Below, one piece after another: positions 29,290 to 39,599 of a stretch of DNA of 64,000 nucleotides. Within the stretch, counting starts at the first letter, position 1. The number at the start of each line of letters is the position of its first letter. Source of the DNA: Methanocellales archaeon. Its GTDB lineage: Archaea > Halobacteriota > UBA148 > JAUWXC01. Both the position numbers and the translations under genes were made by a program. The stretch lies in contig JAUWQV010000001.1 of assembly GCA_030610945.1 (NCBI GenBank), forward strand, positions 25,901 through 89,900, given 5' to 3'. The notes below the pieces were generated by a model. It was not told the DNA's origin, searched no databases, and saw only the letters and a list, made by a program, of their open reading frames with translations.

Positions 29290-32200
29290 TTGTATATTAA
29301 AGAGATTGAACTCCAAAATTTCAAATCCTTCAAACACAAGACGAGAATTCCATTTTTCAACGACTTCACGACCATCTCCGGACCTAACGGCTCGGGGAAA
29401 TCGAATATCATCGACGCCATCCTTTTTGTTCTGGGTCTGTCCACCTCGAGACTAATGAGAGCCGAGAAACTTACAGACCTTATTTATAATGCCAATGGGA
29501 GGAATAATCCCAATTTCGCTGAGGTAACGATACGATTTGACAACACCGACAGGGAAGTGCCATTAGATAGAGACGAGATAACGGTCACCAGAAAGGTCCA
29601 AAGGACAAATGATGGTGGATACTACAGTTATTACTACCTTAACAACAGGGCATGCAACCTAAGCGATATCCACACATACCTCTCCAAGGCCAGGATTTCG
29701 CCAGATGGGTATAACATCATCATGCAGGGGGATGTCACCTATATCATCGAAATGAGCTCTGTGGAGAGGCGCAAACTCATAGATGAAATAGCAGGCGTAG
29801 CGGAGTTCGATGCAAAGAAGAAGCAATCGCTTAGTGAACTCGAAACCGTTTGGGAACGGATAGAACGGGTCGATATAGTACTCTCCGAGGTTGGCATCAG
29901 ACTGATGCAACTACAAGAGGAGAGAGGGCAGGCACTCAAATACAAGGCGCTGATGGATGAGAATAGGCGTTATGAAGCGTTTACATTGCTTTCAAAACTG
30001 AAGAGTGTGGAAGACGAATTGAAAAAGTCAATGAAAAAATTAGATGGGAGGAATCTAAAAAAGGATGGCCTGGCCAAGGAGCTAACAGAGATTAGAGGCA
30101 GGATATCCACAGTGGATGAAAAACTGCGCGTTTTGAATGAAGAGATTACCCTGAAAGGGGAGGACGAGCAGATAGAGGTTAAAAAAGAGATCGAAGAGAT
30201 AAAGGGCGAGATTGCCAAACATCAACATGCTATTGGATTTTTCAAAACCGAAATTGGCAGCATTGAGGAAGGGCGAAGGAAGGCGCTGATAGAGATTGAT
30301 AAGACCAGGGAGAAGATTGAGAGCCTAACGGCAAAGATTGGAGATGAAGAAGTCAGGAAAGGGGGCATACTGGCAGAGATAAAGGAGAAGGAGGCTCAAT
30401 TAAAGACCGCCCAAGATAAGACTGCCAAAGTGGATGCAAAATTTGCTGACGTGCGGAGCAGGCTTACAACGCTCAAAGAGCAGTTAGAAGGAGGGAAAAA
30501 CGAGAGAAGTGAGTTGTTCAGGGCAAAAGATAGATTGCTCGACAGCATTCGACGTAAATCCTCTGAAGAAGGAGACATCAAACGCGAGATAGAAAGGTCC
30601 AAGGAGCAAATAGCCGAGACCGAAGTGATGATGAAGCGGGTTCACAAGGAGCTCAAAGACTTGGAAGAGGAGAGGACAAAAGTCTCAAGCAGTGTAGACG
30701 AACTGGAGAGTAAGAAATCTGCGCTGAAAGGCGAACTGGATAAAATCGAACAAGAACTCTGGAAACGGCAGCAAGAATATGTAAAAATAGAGGCGCGCGT
30801 CAAGGCATCAGAGGAGTTGGGGGGCTACAGCAGGGCTGTAAGCACGATTCTAAATGCAAAAAAGCAGCACGAACTATCAGGCATTTATGGGGTCATTGCT
30901 GAACTGGGCAAGGTCGATGAAAAATGCGCTTCTGCGATAGAAGTTGCAGCTGGCAACAGGATGCAGTGTGTGGTCGTGGATGTTGACGAAGACGCTGCAT
31001 GCGCAATAGAATTTTTGAAGAATAAAAAATGTGGCAGAGTCACATTTTTGCCATTGAATAAGATGAAAACCAGATCATTGCCCAAGTTGACCAAGAAGGA
31101 TGGGGTAATTGATTACGCGATAAATCTCGTTGATTATGATGCCAAATTCGAGCCTGTATTTCAATATGTCTTTGGCGACACGATTGTAGTAGAGAATCTG
31201 GACATAGCAAGAAAATTGATGCCCGGAAGAATGGTGACGCTGGACGGGGAATTAATCGAGAGAAGCGGTGCGATGACAGGGGGCTCCTTGGCAAGGAGAT
31301 TTGCCTTCACCACGGCAGAGAAGAGTCTCAAGAAATTAGCAGAACAGGTCACAGTATACGAGACAAAACGACGCCAATGCCTTGATAAGATAGATGCAAT
31401 CGAGGGAGAGATATCCTCTATCCAGAGAGGCACGCTGGACATCGACACAGAGATTGCCGGGAAGAAACGAAGGTTAGTGGAAGGAGAAGAGTTGATAAAC
31501 ACAAGCAATGAGGTCATCAAAGCCAAGGAAGAAGGGCTCGCGTCCATTATGGGCGAGAGGAAGAAACTGGGAGAAGAGATGAACGCCATGGAAGAGAAAT
31601 GCACGAGCATGGATTCCCAGATCGCTGAGACGGATGAGGAGATTAAAAAACTGGAGAAGTTACTGAAGGATTCAGAGATTCCAGGGCTGATGAAAGAGGC
31701 AGAAGATATCACCACGGAGACGCGCAGGCTGGAGAACAGGATACGTGACATAGACGCAGAAATAGGCACCATAAACGTAGAAAAGAACTTTTCGAGTTCA
31801 AAGATCAATGAACTCAAAGAGAGAACAAAGGAGTTAGAGGAGAAGAAGAAGCAGCTGAGGGAGCAGGTATCAACAGGCGAGGAGGAGATTGTAACCCTTG
31901 AGGGGAAATTGGAGGATAAAAAACAGCGCGAGAAGACGTTGGAGGGCGAGTTAGTCGACCTGCGCGGCAAAAGAAATGTGTTGCTTGAGGAGATGTCCAA
32001 GATAGATGCCGAGAAAAACGATGTACAGAAGCAGCTGGAGAGGATTGACGCACAGATAGAGATGCTAGAGGCAGGCAAAAACGAATTACAAGCTCAATTT
32101 GATGCAATTAAGAAGGAGGTTGATGAGACGGGTGTTGCAAAGGTGGATGAGGTGCCGCCACACGATGTAGTGGTGGAGAAAATTGCCTCGCTCAAGGCAC

Positions 32201-32802
32201 AGATGGCAGAATTAGAGCCAGTGAACATGCGGGCGATTGCGGAGTACGAGGAAGTGGAAACGCGACAGCGCGATTTGCAGAGCAAGAGGGATGTGTTGTT
32301 CAAGGAGCATAATGACATCATTGAGAGAATAGAGCGGTATGAGTCTATGAAAAAGGATGCGTTTATGCAGAGTTTTTGTGCAATCAACGCCCACTTCAAG
32401 GAGATTTTTGCAGACCTATCAGATGGAGAGGGTGAGCTGGTACTGGAAAACTGGGATGACCCCTTTGCAGGTGGACTGACGATTAAAGCCAGGCCCTCAG
32501 GAAAGGCTGTCAGGCGCATGAGTGCTCTGTCCGGTGGAGAGAAGAGTCTGACTGCGCTGGCGTTTCTATTTGCAATTCAGAGGCACAGGCCTGCACCGTT
32601 CTATGCACTGGATGAGATCGATATGTATCTTGACGGCGCAAATGCTGAAAGAGTTGCGAGCATGATTAAAAATATATCCAAGGGTACGCAGTTCATCGTT
32701 GTATCGCTAAGGGAGTCCATGGTGAGAGCGGCGAACAGGACGATCGGCGTAACCATGCAGGAGGAGAACATATCAAGCATTACGGGCGTGGTGTTGAATT
32801 GA
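29290..32802 (+). CDS. smc: Chromosome partition protein Smc
   Basis: GPNGSGKSN, hinge GRVTFLPL/GAMTGG, LSGGEKSL, LDEID. Confidence 0.97.
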   Translation: MYIKEIELQNFKSFKHKTRIPFFNDFTTISGPNGSGKSNIIDAILFVLGLSTSRLMRAEKLTDLIYNANGRNNPNFAEVTIRFDNTDREVPLDRDEITVTRKVQRTNDGGYYSYYYLNNRACNLSDIHTYLSKARISPDGYNIIMQGDVTYIIEMSSVERRKLIDEIAGVAEFDAKKKQSLSELETVWERIERVDIVLSEVGIRLMQLQEERGQALKYKALMDENRRYEAFTLLSKLKSVEDELKKSMKKLDGRNLKKDGLAKELTEIRGRISTVDEKLRVLNEEITLKGEDEQIEVKKEIEEIKGEIAKHQHAIGFFKTEIGSIEEGRRKALIEIDKTREKIESLTAKIGDEEVRKGGILAEIKEKEAQLKTAQDKTAKVDAKFADVRSRLTTLKEQLEGGKNERSELFRAKDRLLDSIRRKSSEEGDIKREIERSKEQIAETEVMMKRVHKELKDLEEERTKVSSSVDELESKKSALKGELDKIEQELWKRQQEYVKIEARVKASEELGGYSRAVSTILNAKKQHELSGIYGVIAELGKVDEKCASAIEVAAGNRMQCVVVDVDEDAACAIEFLKNKKCGRVTFLPLNKMKTRSLPKLTKKDGVIDYAINLVDYDAKFEPVFQYVFGDTIVVENLDIARKLMPGRMVTLDGELIERSGAMTGGSLARRFAFTTAEKSLKKLAEQVTVYETKRRQCLDKIDAIEGEISSIQRGTLDIDTEIAGKKRRLVEGEELINTSNEVIKAKEEGLASIMGERKKLGEEMNAMEEKCTSMDSQIAETDEEIKKLEKLLKDSEIPGLMKEAEDITTETRRLENRIRDIDAEIGTINVEKNFSSSKINELKERTKELEEKKKQLREQVSTGEEEIVTLEGKLEDKKQREKTLEGELVDLRGKRNVLLEEMSKIDAEKNDVQKQLERIDAQIEMLEAGKNELQAQFDAIKKEVDETGVAKVDEVPPHDVVVEKIASLKAQMAELEPVNMRAIAEYEEVETRQRDLQSKRDVLFKEHNDIIERIERYESMKKDAFMQSFCAINAHFKEIFADLSDGEGELVLENWDDPFAGGLTIKARPSGKAVRRMSALSGGEKSLTALAFLFAIQRHRPAPFYALDEIDMYLDGANAERVASMIKNISKGTQFIVVSLRESMVRAANRTIGVTMQEENISSITGVVLN

Positions 32803-33464
32803 TAGACGAGCCGGTTGAAATCTTGGTAAATTTGGCTAAAGACAGTGAGATTGACCCCTGGAACATTGATATAGTGGATGTTACCGATAAATTCCTCAAA
32901 AAGTTGGAGGAAAGGGAGCAATTAGACCTATGGGTATCTGCCAGAACGCTTCTATACGCCTCGATATTGCTGAGGATGAAGTCCGAAGTACTGGTGGAAG
33001 ATGATGATAAAAGAGACGAATGGGATTTCTTTGGCTTTCAGCCAGAGTGTTTCCAGGATTTCCAGATAGAAACATATCCGCCACTACAACCAAGAGTACG
33101 CCGACAGTCAAAACGACCCGCCACATTGGCAGAGCTGATAGACGAGCTGAAAAAAGCAATAGATGTAAAAGAGAGAAAAGAGATACGGCGCATAAAAGAG
33201 AGAAAAAAGTACAGTCCAAGGGCGGAGGATGTCCTTAGAGTCCTAGAACGAGAGGATATGGAGAATAGGATTCAAACAGTGATGAAAAAATTGAAGGGGA
33301 TATTCAAAAGGCAAAAGAAGGTCGTATTTTCAGAGCTAGTAGAGGAAAGAACTCCTGCAAACATCGTTCAGGCGTACATTCCGCTGTTGTTCCTGGCAAC
33401 CAGGAAGAAGGTAAAGTTAGAACAGAAAGAGTTGTTCGGCGACATATATGTACAACCCAGGTAA
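32799..33464 (+). CDS. scpA: Kleisin ScpA
   Basis: IDPWNIDIVDVTDKFL, LLRMKSE, FLA...LEQKELFGDI; follows smc. Confidence 0.93.
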   Translation: MIDEPVEILVNLAKDSEIDPWNIDIVDVTDKFLKKLEEREQLDLWVSARTLLYASILLRMKSEVLVEDDDKRDEWDFFGFQPECFQDFQIETYPPLQPRVRRQSKRPATLAELIDELKKAIDVKERKEIRRIKERKKYSPRAEDVLRVLEREDMENRIQTVMKKLKGIFKRQKKVVFSELVEERTPANIVQAYIPLLFLATRKKVKLEQKELFGDIYVQPR

Positions 33465-33470
33465 GAGAGC

Positions 33471-33980
33471 ATGAATGATAAAGAGATATTAGAGGCCGCG
33501 CTTTTTGCCGTAGGCCATCCCTTGGATGTGAAGGAGTTGGCAACGCTGGTAGAGAAAACGCCCGAGCATGTGTTAGAGCTGTTAAAATCCCTTGTAGATG
33601 AATACAAAACCAGAGAGACGTCGCTGGAGCTGGTTGAGGAGGGGGGCAAATATGTGATGCAGGTCAAACCAGCATATGCAGAAAAAGTACAGGACATAGC
33701 GCCCAAGGAATTCGAAACGCCCGTGCTAAGGACCTTGGCAGTTGTTGCCTACCATCAGCCGGTCACCCAGGCAGAGGTAGTCAACATCAGGGGAAACAAG
33801 GCATACTCACAGATTGCTGCGCTGGAAGAGAGGGGATTGATTAAAAGCGTGCCCCACAGAAGGACGAAAATGCTGACTACTACCTCAGCCTTCGTAGAGT
33901 ACTTTGGGATAGAGACAAACGACCCGAAAATAATCAGAAAGATGATCGAAAAAGTGGCGAAAGAGCGAGTCTCCACCTGA
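33471..33980 (+). CDS. scpB: ScpB
   Basis: LEAALFA, RTLAVVAYHQPVTQAE, TTSAFVEYFG. Confidence 0.94.
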   Translation: MNDKEILEAALFAVGHPLDVKELATLVEKTPEHVLELLKSLVDEYKTRETSLELVEEGGKYVMQVKPAYAEKVQDIAPKEFETPVLRTLAVVAYHQPVTQAEVVNIRGNKAYSQIAALEERGLIKSVPHRRTKMLTTTSAFVEYFGIETNDPKIIRKMIEKVAKERVST

Positions 33981-33984
33981 TTTT

Positions 33985-34123
33985 AGGATTACTTTCGCCC
34001 CACTCTTGCTAAATCTCCATATATGCATCAAGAGTAAGGAAGATATTGAAAGTAACCTCCTGGGCGCAACTGCATCCCCTTACACGTTTCTAGGCTGGAT
34101 GCGGTTCCCCTCCCCTCTTTTTT
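33985..34123. other. Structured intergenic element (nested stem, second hairpin, T-tract); possible ncRNA or terminator
   Basis: AGGATTACTTTC/GAAAGTAACCT encloses ACTCTTG/CAAGAGT; then AACTGCATCC/GGATGCGGTT; then TTTTTT. Confidence 0.4.
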
Positions 34124-34150
34124 AATCAAAATTCACTGAGATAGTTTTAT

Positions 34151-34172
34151 AAGTAATACCATGGTATTACTT
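34151..34172. promoter_or_regulatory. Operator of the RHH antitoxin-RelE operon
   Basis: Perfect 22-bp palindrome AAGTAATACCATGGTATTACTT abutting TATA-like TTTTATA and upstream of the ATG at 34187. Confidence 0.75.
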
Positions 34173-34186
34173 TGAGAGGGTAGCGC

Positions 34187-34420
34187 ATGAAAGTGGTCAC
34201 AGCCAAGGTCCCGGATGAACTGACTAAGATGATGAAAAAGTGCATCAAGGAAAAGGGGTATTCGTCTCAATCCGAGCTCGTGAGAGATGCTATAAGGAGA
34301 ATGCTAGAGCCTGAGCTCAAAGAAGAGATAATAATGGATATCATCGAAGCCAGGGAGCAAATAAAGAGGAGAGAGACTATTTCCTTAGAAGAGCTAGAGA
34401 AGAGCCTGGAAGGACCCTGA
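34187..34420 (+). CDS. Ribbon-helix-helix (CopG-like) antitoxin
   Basis: MKVVTAKVP...GYSSQSELVRDAIR, acidic ISLEEL tail, TGATG overlap with the toxin gene. Confidence 0.85.
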   Translation: MKVVTAKVPDELTKMMKKCIKEKGYSSQSELVRDAIRRMLEPELKEEIIMDIIEAREQIKRRETISLEELEKSLEGP

Positions 34421-34695
34421 TGTATGCAATTGAATTCTCCAAGCTCGCTGGAAAGAGGTTTAGCAAACTGGACAAATCGATTAAAAAACGAATCATCGAT
34501 AAACTAAAGGAAATAAGGAAGTCAAATAAATCTCGACGCTTTCTTGAGTCGTTAAAAGGAGTTACAGCCCGAAAGCTCAGAATCGGAGATTATAGACTCA
34601 TTGTAGACGTTGACGATGAGAATAAGGTTATCTATATCCTCACATTGGGGCATAGAAGTGAGATATATAAAGAGCTCCATGAGTTCGAGGAGTGA
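34420..34695 (+). CDS. RelE/ParE family toxin
   Basis: Basic 91-aa protein with KLRIGDYRLI and GHRSEIYK. Confidence 0.9.
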   Translation: MYAIEFSKLAGKRFSKLDKSIKKRIIDKLKEIRKSNKSRRFLESLKGVTARKLRIGDYRLIVDVDDENKVIYILTLGHRSEIYKELHEFEE

Positions 34696-34710
34696 TTTAA
34701 AACAGAAAAA

Positions 34711-35361
34711 TTAAAACCTGGACAAACTTGACTGTCCATGCTTTTTTAATGCTACCTGCGCCGTCTTCCAGGAGTGGCGCACAAAAGTTGGTAAAGAGTC
34801 GTGTTCCTTAATCCATTTCTCCAAGAAATGCACTGTCCGGGAGTCTGAGGGATAACCAGAGCCGATCTCCTGCCCGATTCGTTTTTCTAAAGCGCGCACC
34901 GCCTCATCGCGTCTCACCTTTGCCAGGATGGATGCGGCTGAAACTATTGGATACTTGACATCTGCGTTGTGCTCTGAAATTATGTCAACGGGTGCGCCAT
35001 ACTTCTCGCGCACGTTTTGCGCAAATCGCATAGGATTTACATCTGCTGCATCAAGAAATGCCCTGTCTGGCTTTAGGTCTTTGAGAACTTTCGCATGGCT
35101 GATGACCATAATCTCGTTCATCGTCATCTTCTCGCGGAGTGCGTCGATTTGCCCTGCGCTGACTTCGAGGATATGGTATTTTGCGACTTTTCTTATCTCC
35201 TCTGCCAGAAATTCCCGCCTTCGCGGCGAGAGTGCCTTGGAATCTCTGAGGCCCAGTCGCTCTAGGGATGCGATATGCTTCTCAAATACCATCACACCAG
35301 CGACGACCATAGGTCCCACAACAGGACCTTTGCCAGCCTCATCGATGCCTGCAATTTTCAT
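34711..35361 (-). CDS. rnhB: Ribonuclease HII
   Basis: GIDEAGKGPVVGPM, DSK, VSAASILAKV, GSGYPSD; C-terminal PIP-like QSSLSRF. Confidence 0.96.
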   Translation of the reverse strand: MKIAGIDEAGKGPVVGPMVVAGVMVFEKHIASLERLGLRDSKALSPRRREFLAEEIRKVAKYHILEVSAGQIDALREKMTMNEIMVISHAKVLKDLKPDRAFLDAADVNPMRFAQNVREKYGAPVDIISEHNADVKYPIVSAASILAKVRRDEAVRALEKRIGQEIGSGYPSDSRTVHFLEKWIKEHDSLPTFVRHSWKTAQVALKKHGQSSLSRF

Positions 35362-35362
35362 G

Positions 35363-36025
35363 CTACTCGACAAATATTTTCTCCAATTTCTTTATGTGCT
35401 CTGCTGTTGTGAGAACTACAACGGAGTCGCCTACCTTTATTATCGTTTTACCCCTTGGGAAAGTGACGTGTTTCCCCCTAAGTATTGCAGTAAGCACGCA
35501 ATCACTTGGAAGTCCCAAGTCTGCTACAGGTTTGCCAACAGCCGAAGAGTTTTCATGTATTGTGAACTCCACCATCTCAATGTCGCCCTCCTTCAATGAC
35601 AAAAGTGTCAGGAGTTCCCCGGATGTAATGGCATTCTTTAAAACTATGGACGCTGCTGTTACAGTACTGACCGCAACATCGATGCCCAAATCCTTGAATA
35701 CTGCCTCATTCTTAGAATCATTGACCCTTGATATCGTCTTGGGAACTTTGAAGTTCTTTTTCGCCATCTGGCAGGATACGAGATTTGTCTTATCCTCCCC
35801 TGTAACAGCGACGAGCGCGTCTGCCTTGGCAGTACCGGCATCCTCTAAATACTTGGCATCAGTCCCATCACCATGGATGACAAGAATGTCGAGCTGTTCA
35901 GCCAGACTCTGACAAACATCTTTATCCGATTCCACCACCGCAACCTTTCTTCCCTCTTGAGATAGTGATTTTGCGAGGAAACTGCCAATTCTCCCTCCAC
36001 CCACGATGACTATGTACATATTCAT
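35363..36025 (-). CDS. trkA: TrkA-family K+ uptake regulatory subunit
   Basis: GGGRIG Rossmann motif, GDGT, TrkA-C domain. Confidence 0.9.
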   Translation of the reverse strand: MNMYIVIVGGGRIGSFLAKSLSQEGRKVAVVESDKDVCQSLAEQLDILVIHGDGTDAKYLEDAGTAKADALVAVTGEDKTNLVSCQMAKKNFKVPKTISRVNDSKNEAVFKDLGIDVAVSTVTAASIVLKNAITSGELLTLLSLKEGDIEMVEFTIHENSSAVGKPVADLGLPSDCVLTAILRGKHVTFPRGKTIIKVGDSVVVLTTAEHIKKLEKIFVE

Positions 36026-37512
36026 CCTCTCCGCGATATTATCCATTCAAATGGGGTTGCAATCGATATTAATACTGCCCATAATTCCAACCTGCCAAGA
36101 ATCATGCCGATGATTTCCATTATCTTGCAGGAAACAGGCATACCCGGTCCAGTTATTCCCGTGGAAAGACCAACCGTTCCCATAGCCGATGCATACTCGA
36201 ACAGAGCACCCATCATAGAATATCCGCTCAGCAAGAAAACAATGACGCCTGCTATATAGAGCAGGATATAGGCAAACACAAAAATCGATATTTCCATGAA
36301 CAGGTCAGGAGTGATGGTTTCTTTCTCACCTGTACACCACGCCGTTCTTCCGATTACAGCACTCTCTGGAAGCAATCTCATCTTTATCTCCCAGAAAATC
36401 GATTTCGCCATGATGCCTACTCTGTATCGTTTTATGCCGCCAGCAGTAGAGCCGGTGCTCCCCCCCATGCACATCAATACCACCAGCGAGAATAGCACCA
36501 GATGCCCAAACTGGCTCATGCTCTGTGGAGACGTGGTCATATACCCCGTGGTCGTCAGAGCGGAAATAACGTTAAACAATGCGTGCCTGAATCCCTGCAA
36601 AGGGGTATGATAAAAACCATAGACCAAACCATAGGTAACGATGGGCAAGAATATGATAATGGATGCGTACACGACCTTGAGCTCAATGTCTTTTATAGCC
36701 TTGCCAAGTTTACCTGACAACAAAAGATAGTGAAATGCAAAGCTCAGGCTGCCTAACAACATAAGAACCATGGTGACCATTTCAATCTCCAGACTTTGAT
36801 AGGCGCCTATACTCCCAGCCCTAGTGGAAAAACCGCCAGTTGATAGTGCACACATCGAGTGATTTATGGAGTCGAATAAAGGCATACCAGCGACATAGAA
36901 TAATCCTATCCCTATGAATAAGTACAAAAGGTAAATCTTGAGAATCATCCTGACGGTATGTCTGATGGCTGGCAGCAACCTCTCCGTCCTCGCCTCTGCC
37001 GAGTAGACGGATGCGACGCCACTTTTCGGGCCTATGAGGGCAGTTAGCATGAGAACGGCAAGTCCAGCCCCTCCAATAAATTGCATGAGACTGCGCCAGA
37101 ACAGAAAGATGTGAGGACATGTTGCCACGCTGACCATTGTCAGACCGGTTGTCGTCCATCCAGAGACGGCTTCAAAAAAACCGTCGATTGGGCTGAGAAT
37201 AAAACCGATGACAAAAGGGGCTGCACCGAACATGCACGCCATAACCCAAAACACCCCAATGAGAATTAATGCTTGAACCCTCCCCAATGGTGCCAGCGCA
37301 GGGTCCACTCTGAAAAATCTCCAAAGTACAAATCCACCAGCCAGAGCCAAGAGTCCTGGGATAACAAAGGAGTAAGCGTAGACGATCTCATTGGGATATG
37401 CTATGATTAAAAGTAAGGGTATAAACAGCATTCCGCCCACACCCATGAGTAAAAATCCAGAATAACTGATTATCAAACGGTTACGCAGCGTTTGCACATC
37501 TACATCATCCAT
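36022..37512 (-). CDS. trkH: TrkH-family K+ uptake membrane protein
   Basis: SGWTTTG, STGGF, TTTGY, GGSTGSTAGGIK and GTVGLS pore loops. Confidence 0.93.
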   Translation of the reverse strand: MDDVDVQTLRNRLIISYSGFLLMGVGGMLFIPLLLIIAYPNEIVYAYSFVIPGLLALAGGFVLWRFFRVDPALAPLGRVQALILIGVFWVMACMFGAAPFVIGFILSPIDGFFEAVSGWTTTGLTMVSVATCPHIFLFWRSLMQFIGGAGLAVLMLTALIGPKSGVASVYSAEARTERLLPAIRHTVRMILKIYLLYLFIGIGLFYVAGMPLFDSINHSMCALSTGGFSTRAGSIGAYQSLEIEMVTMVLMLLGSLSFAFHYLLLSGKLGKAIKDIELKVVYASIIIFLPIVTYGLVYGFYHTPLQGFRHALFNVISALTTTGYMTTSPQSMSQFGHLVLFSLVVLMCMGGSTGSTAGGIKRYRVGIMAKSIFWEIKMRLLPESAVIGRTAWCTGEKETITPDLFMEISIFVFAYILLYIAGVIVFLLSGYSMMGALFEYASAMGTVGLSTGITGPGMPVSCKIMEIIGMILGRLELWAVLISIATPFEWIISRRG

Positions 37513-37518
37513 TTGACA

Positions 37519-38175
37519 TCAACTCTTGGCCAAGACGTCTTTAACCTTTCCCGATGCGCCAGCCAGATTCGCAACGACTACAATGTCACCCTTCTGGAGC
37601 GTTGTAGTATTATCAGGTATTATCGCTTTTGAACCCCTCACAAGAGCCGCTATAGTGGAGTCCTTTGGTAAGGGGATATCCTTCAGCGCCTTTCCAACAA
37701 CAGGGCCTTTTACCTCTATCTTGTTGATCTCGATGCCGCCCTTATTAACCGTCATGAGTGCAATCAAGCCCGGGTGCATAATGGCGTTCCTGATATGCGC
37801 CACCGCAATTGCAGTGGGGCACACAGTAGCATCGATACCTGCATCCCTGTAAAGGGGTTCTTTCTCTGGATCGTTGACTCTTGCAATAACATTTTGAACC
37901 TTGAACACCTGTTTGGCAATCTGAGAGGCCATTAGATTGGTATTATCATCATCGGTAGCCGCCACGAAAACGTCTGCCTTGCTTCCGCCCGCCTTTGTTA
38001 ACACATCCTGGTCAGTTCCATCTCCCTCGATGGTCAATCCATCAAAAGTAGGACCAAGCTCTTGGAAATGAGATGCATCCTTGTCTACAACAACAACGTC
38101 ATTTCCATTCATCGATAACAACTGAGCCAGACCGCTGCCAACCCTGCCACACCCGATTATTAGCACATACATCAT
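37519..38175 (-). CDS. trkA: Second TrkA-family subunit
   Basis: GCGRVG, GDGTD, ARVNDP. Confidence 0.9.
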   Translation of the reverse strand: MMYVLIIGCGRVGSGLAQLLSMNGNDVVVVDKDASHFQELGPTFDGLTIEGDGTDQDVLTKAGGSKADVFVAATDDDNTNLMASQIAKQVFKVQNVIARVNDPEKEPLYRDAGIDATVCPTAIAVAHIRNAIMHPGLIALMTVNKGGIEINKIEVKGPVVGKALKDIPLPKDSTIAALVRGSKAIIPDNTTTLQKGDIVVVANLAGASGKVKDVLAKS

Positions 38176-38194
38176 CAATTCACCACACAAACCA

Positions 38195-39373
38195 TCATAA
38201 TAAGTGCCTCAACTCCCAAAGCATTTTTGGGTTCCTCCTGGTAATCTCTGTGAGCAAGCTAGTTGCGGTCAGCTCGCCGAAATTGACGTCTTTTATAGAG
38301 TGTGCAAGCATGTTCAATTGTTCATCAGGCATCTTGGTGAGGACTTCCTTAGCATGAAGGGATTTGTCGAGACTATCCTCAATGGCGGATTTCCATCGCG
38401 TTTCATACTCGCTCAGCACCTTTGTTGACGTATCACCCTTCGATATCGCCTTCGCAGCCACCTCTCCGGCGATTTGTCCGGTTATCATAGCATTGACGAT
38501 TCCACCCCCTGTGATGGGGTCTGTCATCCTGGCAGCATCGCCCACGAGCATCAGTCCATTTGTTATTGTGCGCTCCAGCGGACCGCTGACGGGCACGCCC
38601 CCAACAATTATTTCGAGTATGTGCCCATCTGAACAACTCTTGTCAACAAATTTTTTAAGGAAGTGAATTGCCTTCGTGCTGCCAACCCTGCTTCCCAAGA
38701 CACCAACACCGACATTTGCCTCATGCTTGCCCTTTGGGAATATCCACGCATAGCCCCCTGGTGCGATTTCATTGCCAACGTAAAAATCACAGTAATCTTG
38801 GTCGAAGTCAATGTCAGCCATCAAAAACTCAGCGCATGTTTCGATGTCCGATAACTTGAGCGTTGTATTAATGCCTGCCCAGCGCCCAACTTTTGACTCC
38901 ACGCCATCTGCACCTATGACGATGTTTGCCCGGACTGTAAAATCATCTCCAAAATGCTCCCCTCTGATACCCCTTACGAAACCGTTCTCTATGATTAAAC
39001 CGGTTGCCCTTGTTTTCACCATCACCTCTGCACCTGCTCTCGCTGCCTGGAGAGCGAGCGCTCTGTCGAAAATCTTGCGCTCAAGCACATAACCCACCTC
39101 TGGCCCGGCTATATCCTCTGACATCTCAATTGCCGTGCCGTCTGGAGAATAGATTCTAGCGCCCTTGACCTCGGCAGATATCCATGAAGGGTCTGACTCT
39201 ATAAACGGCTTTATGCTCTCTTTGCCCACGCCCTCTGCACACCGCACAGGGTTGCCAATCTCCGCTCTTTTCTCGATTAACAGCACATCTAAACCGTGCT
39301 CAGCTGCCGTTTTCGCTGCAATTGAACCTCCTGGTCCAGCGCCCACAACTAGGACATCATATTCATCCTTCAT
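38195..39373 (-). CDS. Digeranylgeranylglycerophospholipid reductase (GGR)
   Basis: [35 protein letters not shown]. Confidence 0.92.
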   Translation of the reverse strand: MKDEYDVLVVGAGPGGSIAAKTAAEHGLDVLLIEKRAEIGNPVRCAEGVGKESIKPFIESDPSWISAEVKGARIYSPDGTAIEMSEDIAGPEVGYVLERKIFDRALALQAARAGAEVMVKTRATGLIIENGFVRGIRGEHFGDDFTVRANIVIGADGVESKVGRWAGINTTLKLSDIETCAEFLMADIDFDQDYCDFYVGNEIAPGGYAWIFPKGKHEANVGVGVLGSRVGSTKAIHFLKKFVDKSCSDGHILEIIVGGVPVSGPLERTITNGLMLVGDAARMTDPITGGGIVNAMITGQIAGEVAAKAISKGDTSTKVLSEYETRWKSAIEDSLDKSLHAKEVLTKMPDEQLNMLAHSIKDVNFGELTATSLLTEITRRNPKMLWELRHLL

Positions 39374-39548
39374 GCTGAATCTCCAATGCCCCGACAGGAC
39401 AGACTTTCACACATATTCCGCATTCTATGCATTTATCACTGACTTCTACCCATGCATCTACTAAGTCTATTGCATTTTCCGGGCAAACCCCCACACATGC
39501 ACCACAATGGCCGCATTTATGTCTATTTATAACTATCACATATTTCAC
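39363..39548 (-). CDS. 2x[4Fe-4S] ferredoxin coupled to GGR
   Basis: [12 protein letters not shown] and [12 protein letters not shown]. Confidence 0.9.
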   Translation of the reverse strand: MKYVIVINRHKCGHCGACVGVCPENAIDLVDAWVEVSDKCIECGICVKVCPVGALEIQHEG

Positions 39549-39599
39549 CTGAATAATGATTATATCTACTAATGCTAAGCACTAAAATCTTTTTGAGCC

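Noticed and set aside
31161-32078. 305-aa minus-strand ORF and similar Ser/Phe-rich ORFs opposite rad50, top6 and others
   Set aside because: Antisense artefacts of Glu/Lys-rich coiled-coil coding sequence.
29290-33980. SMC operon as a Wadjet/MksBEFG defence system
   Set aside because: Canonical Smc with hinge plus ScpA and ScpB, and no JetD/Toprim nuclease gene in the operon.
38195-39548. Ferredoxin-GGR coupling as a novelty
   Set aside because: Ferredoxin-dependent GGR with an adjacent ferredoxin gene is already known in Methanosarcina.
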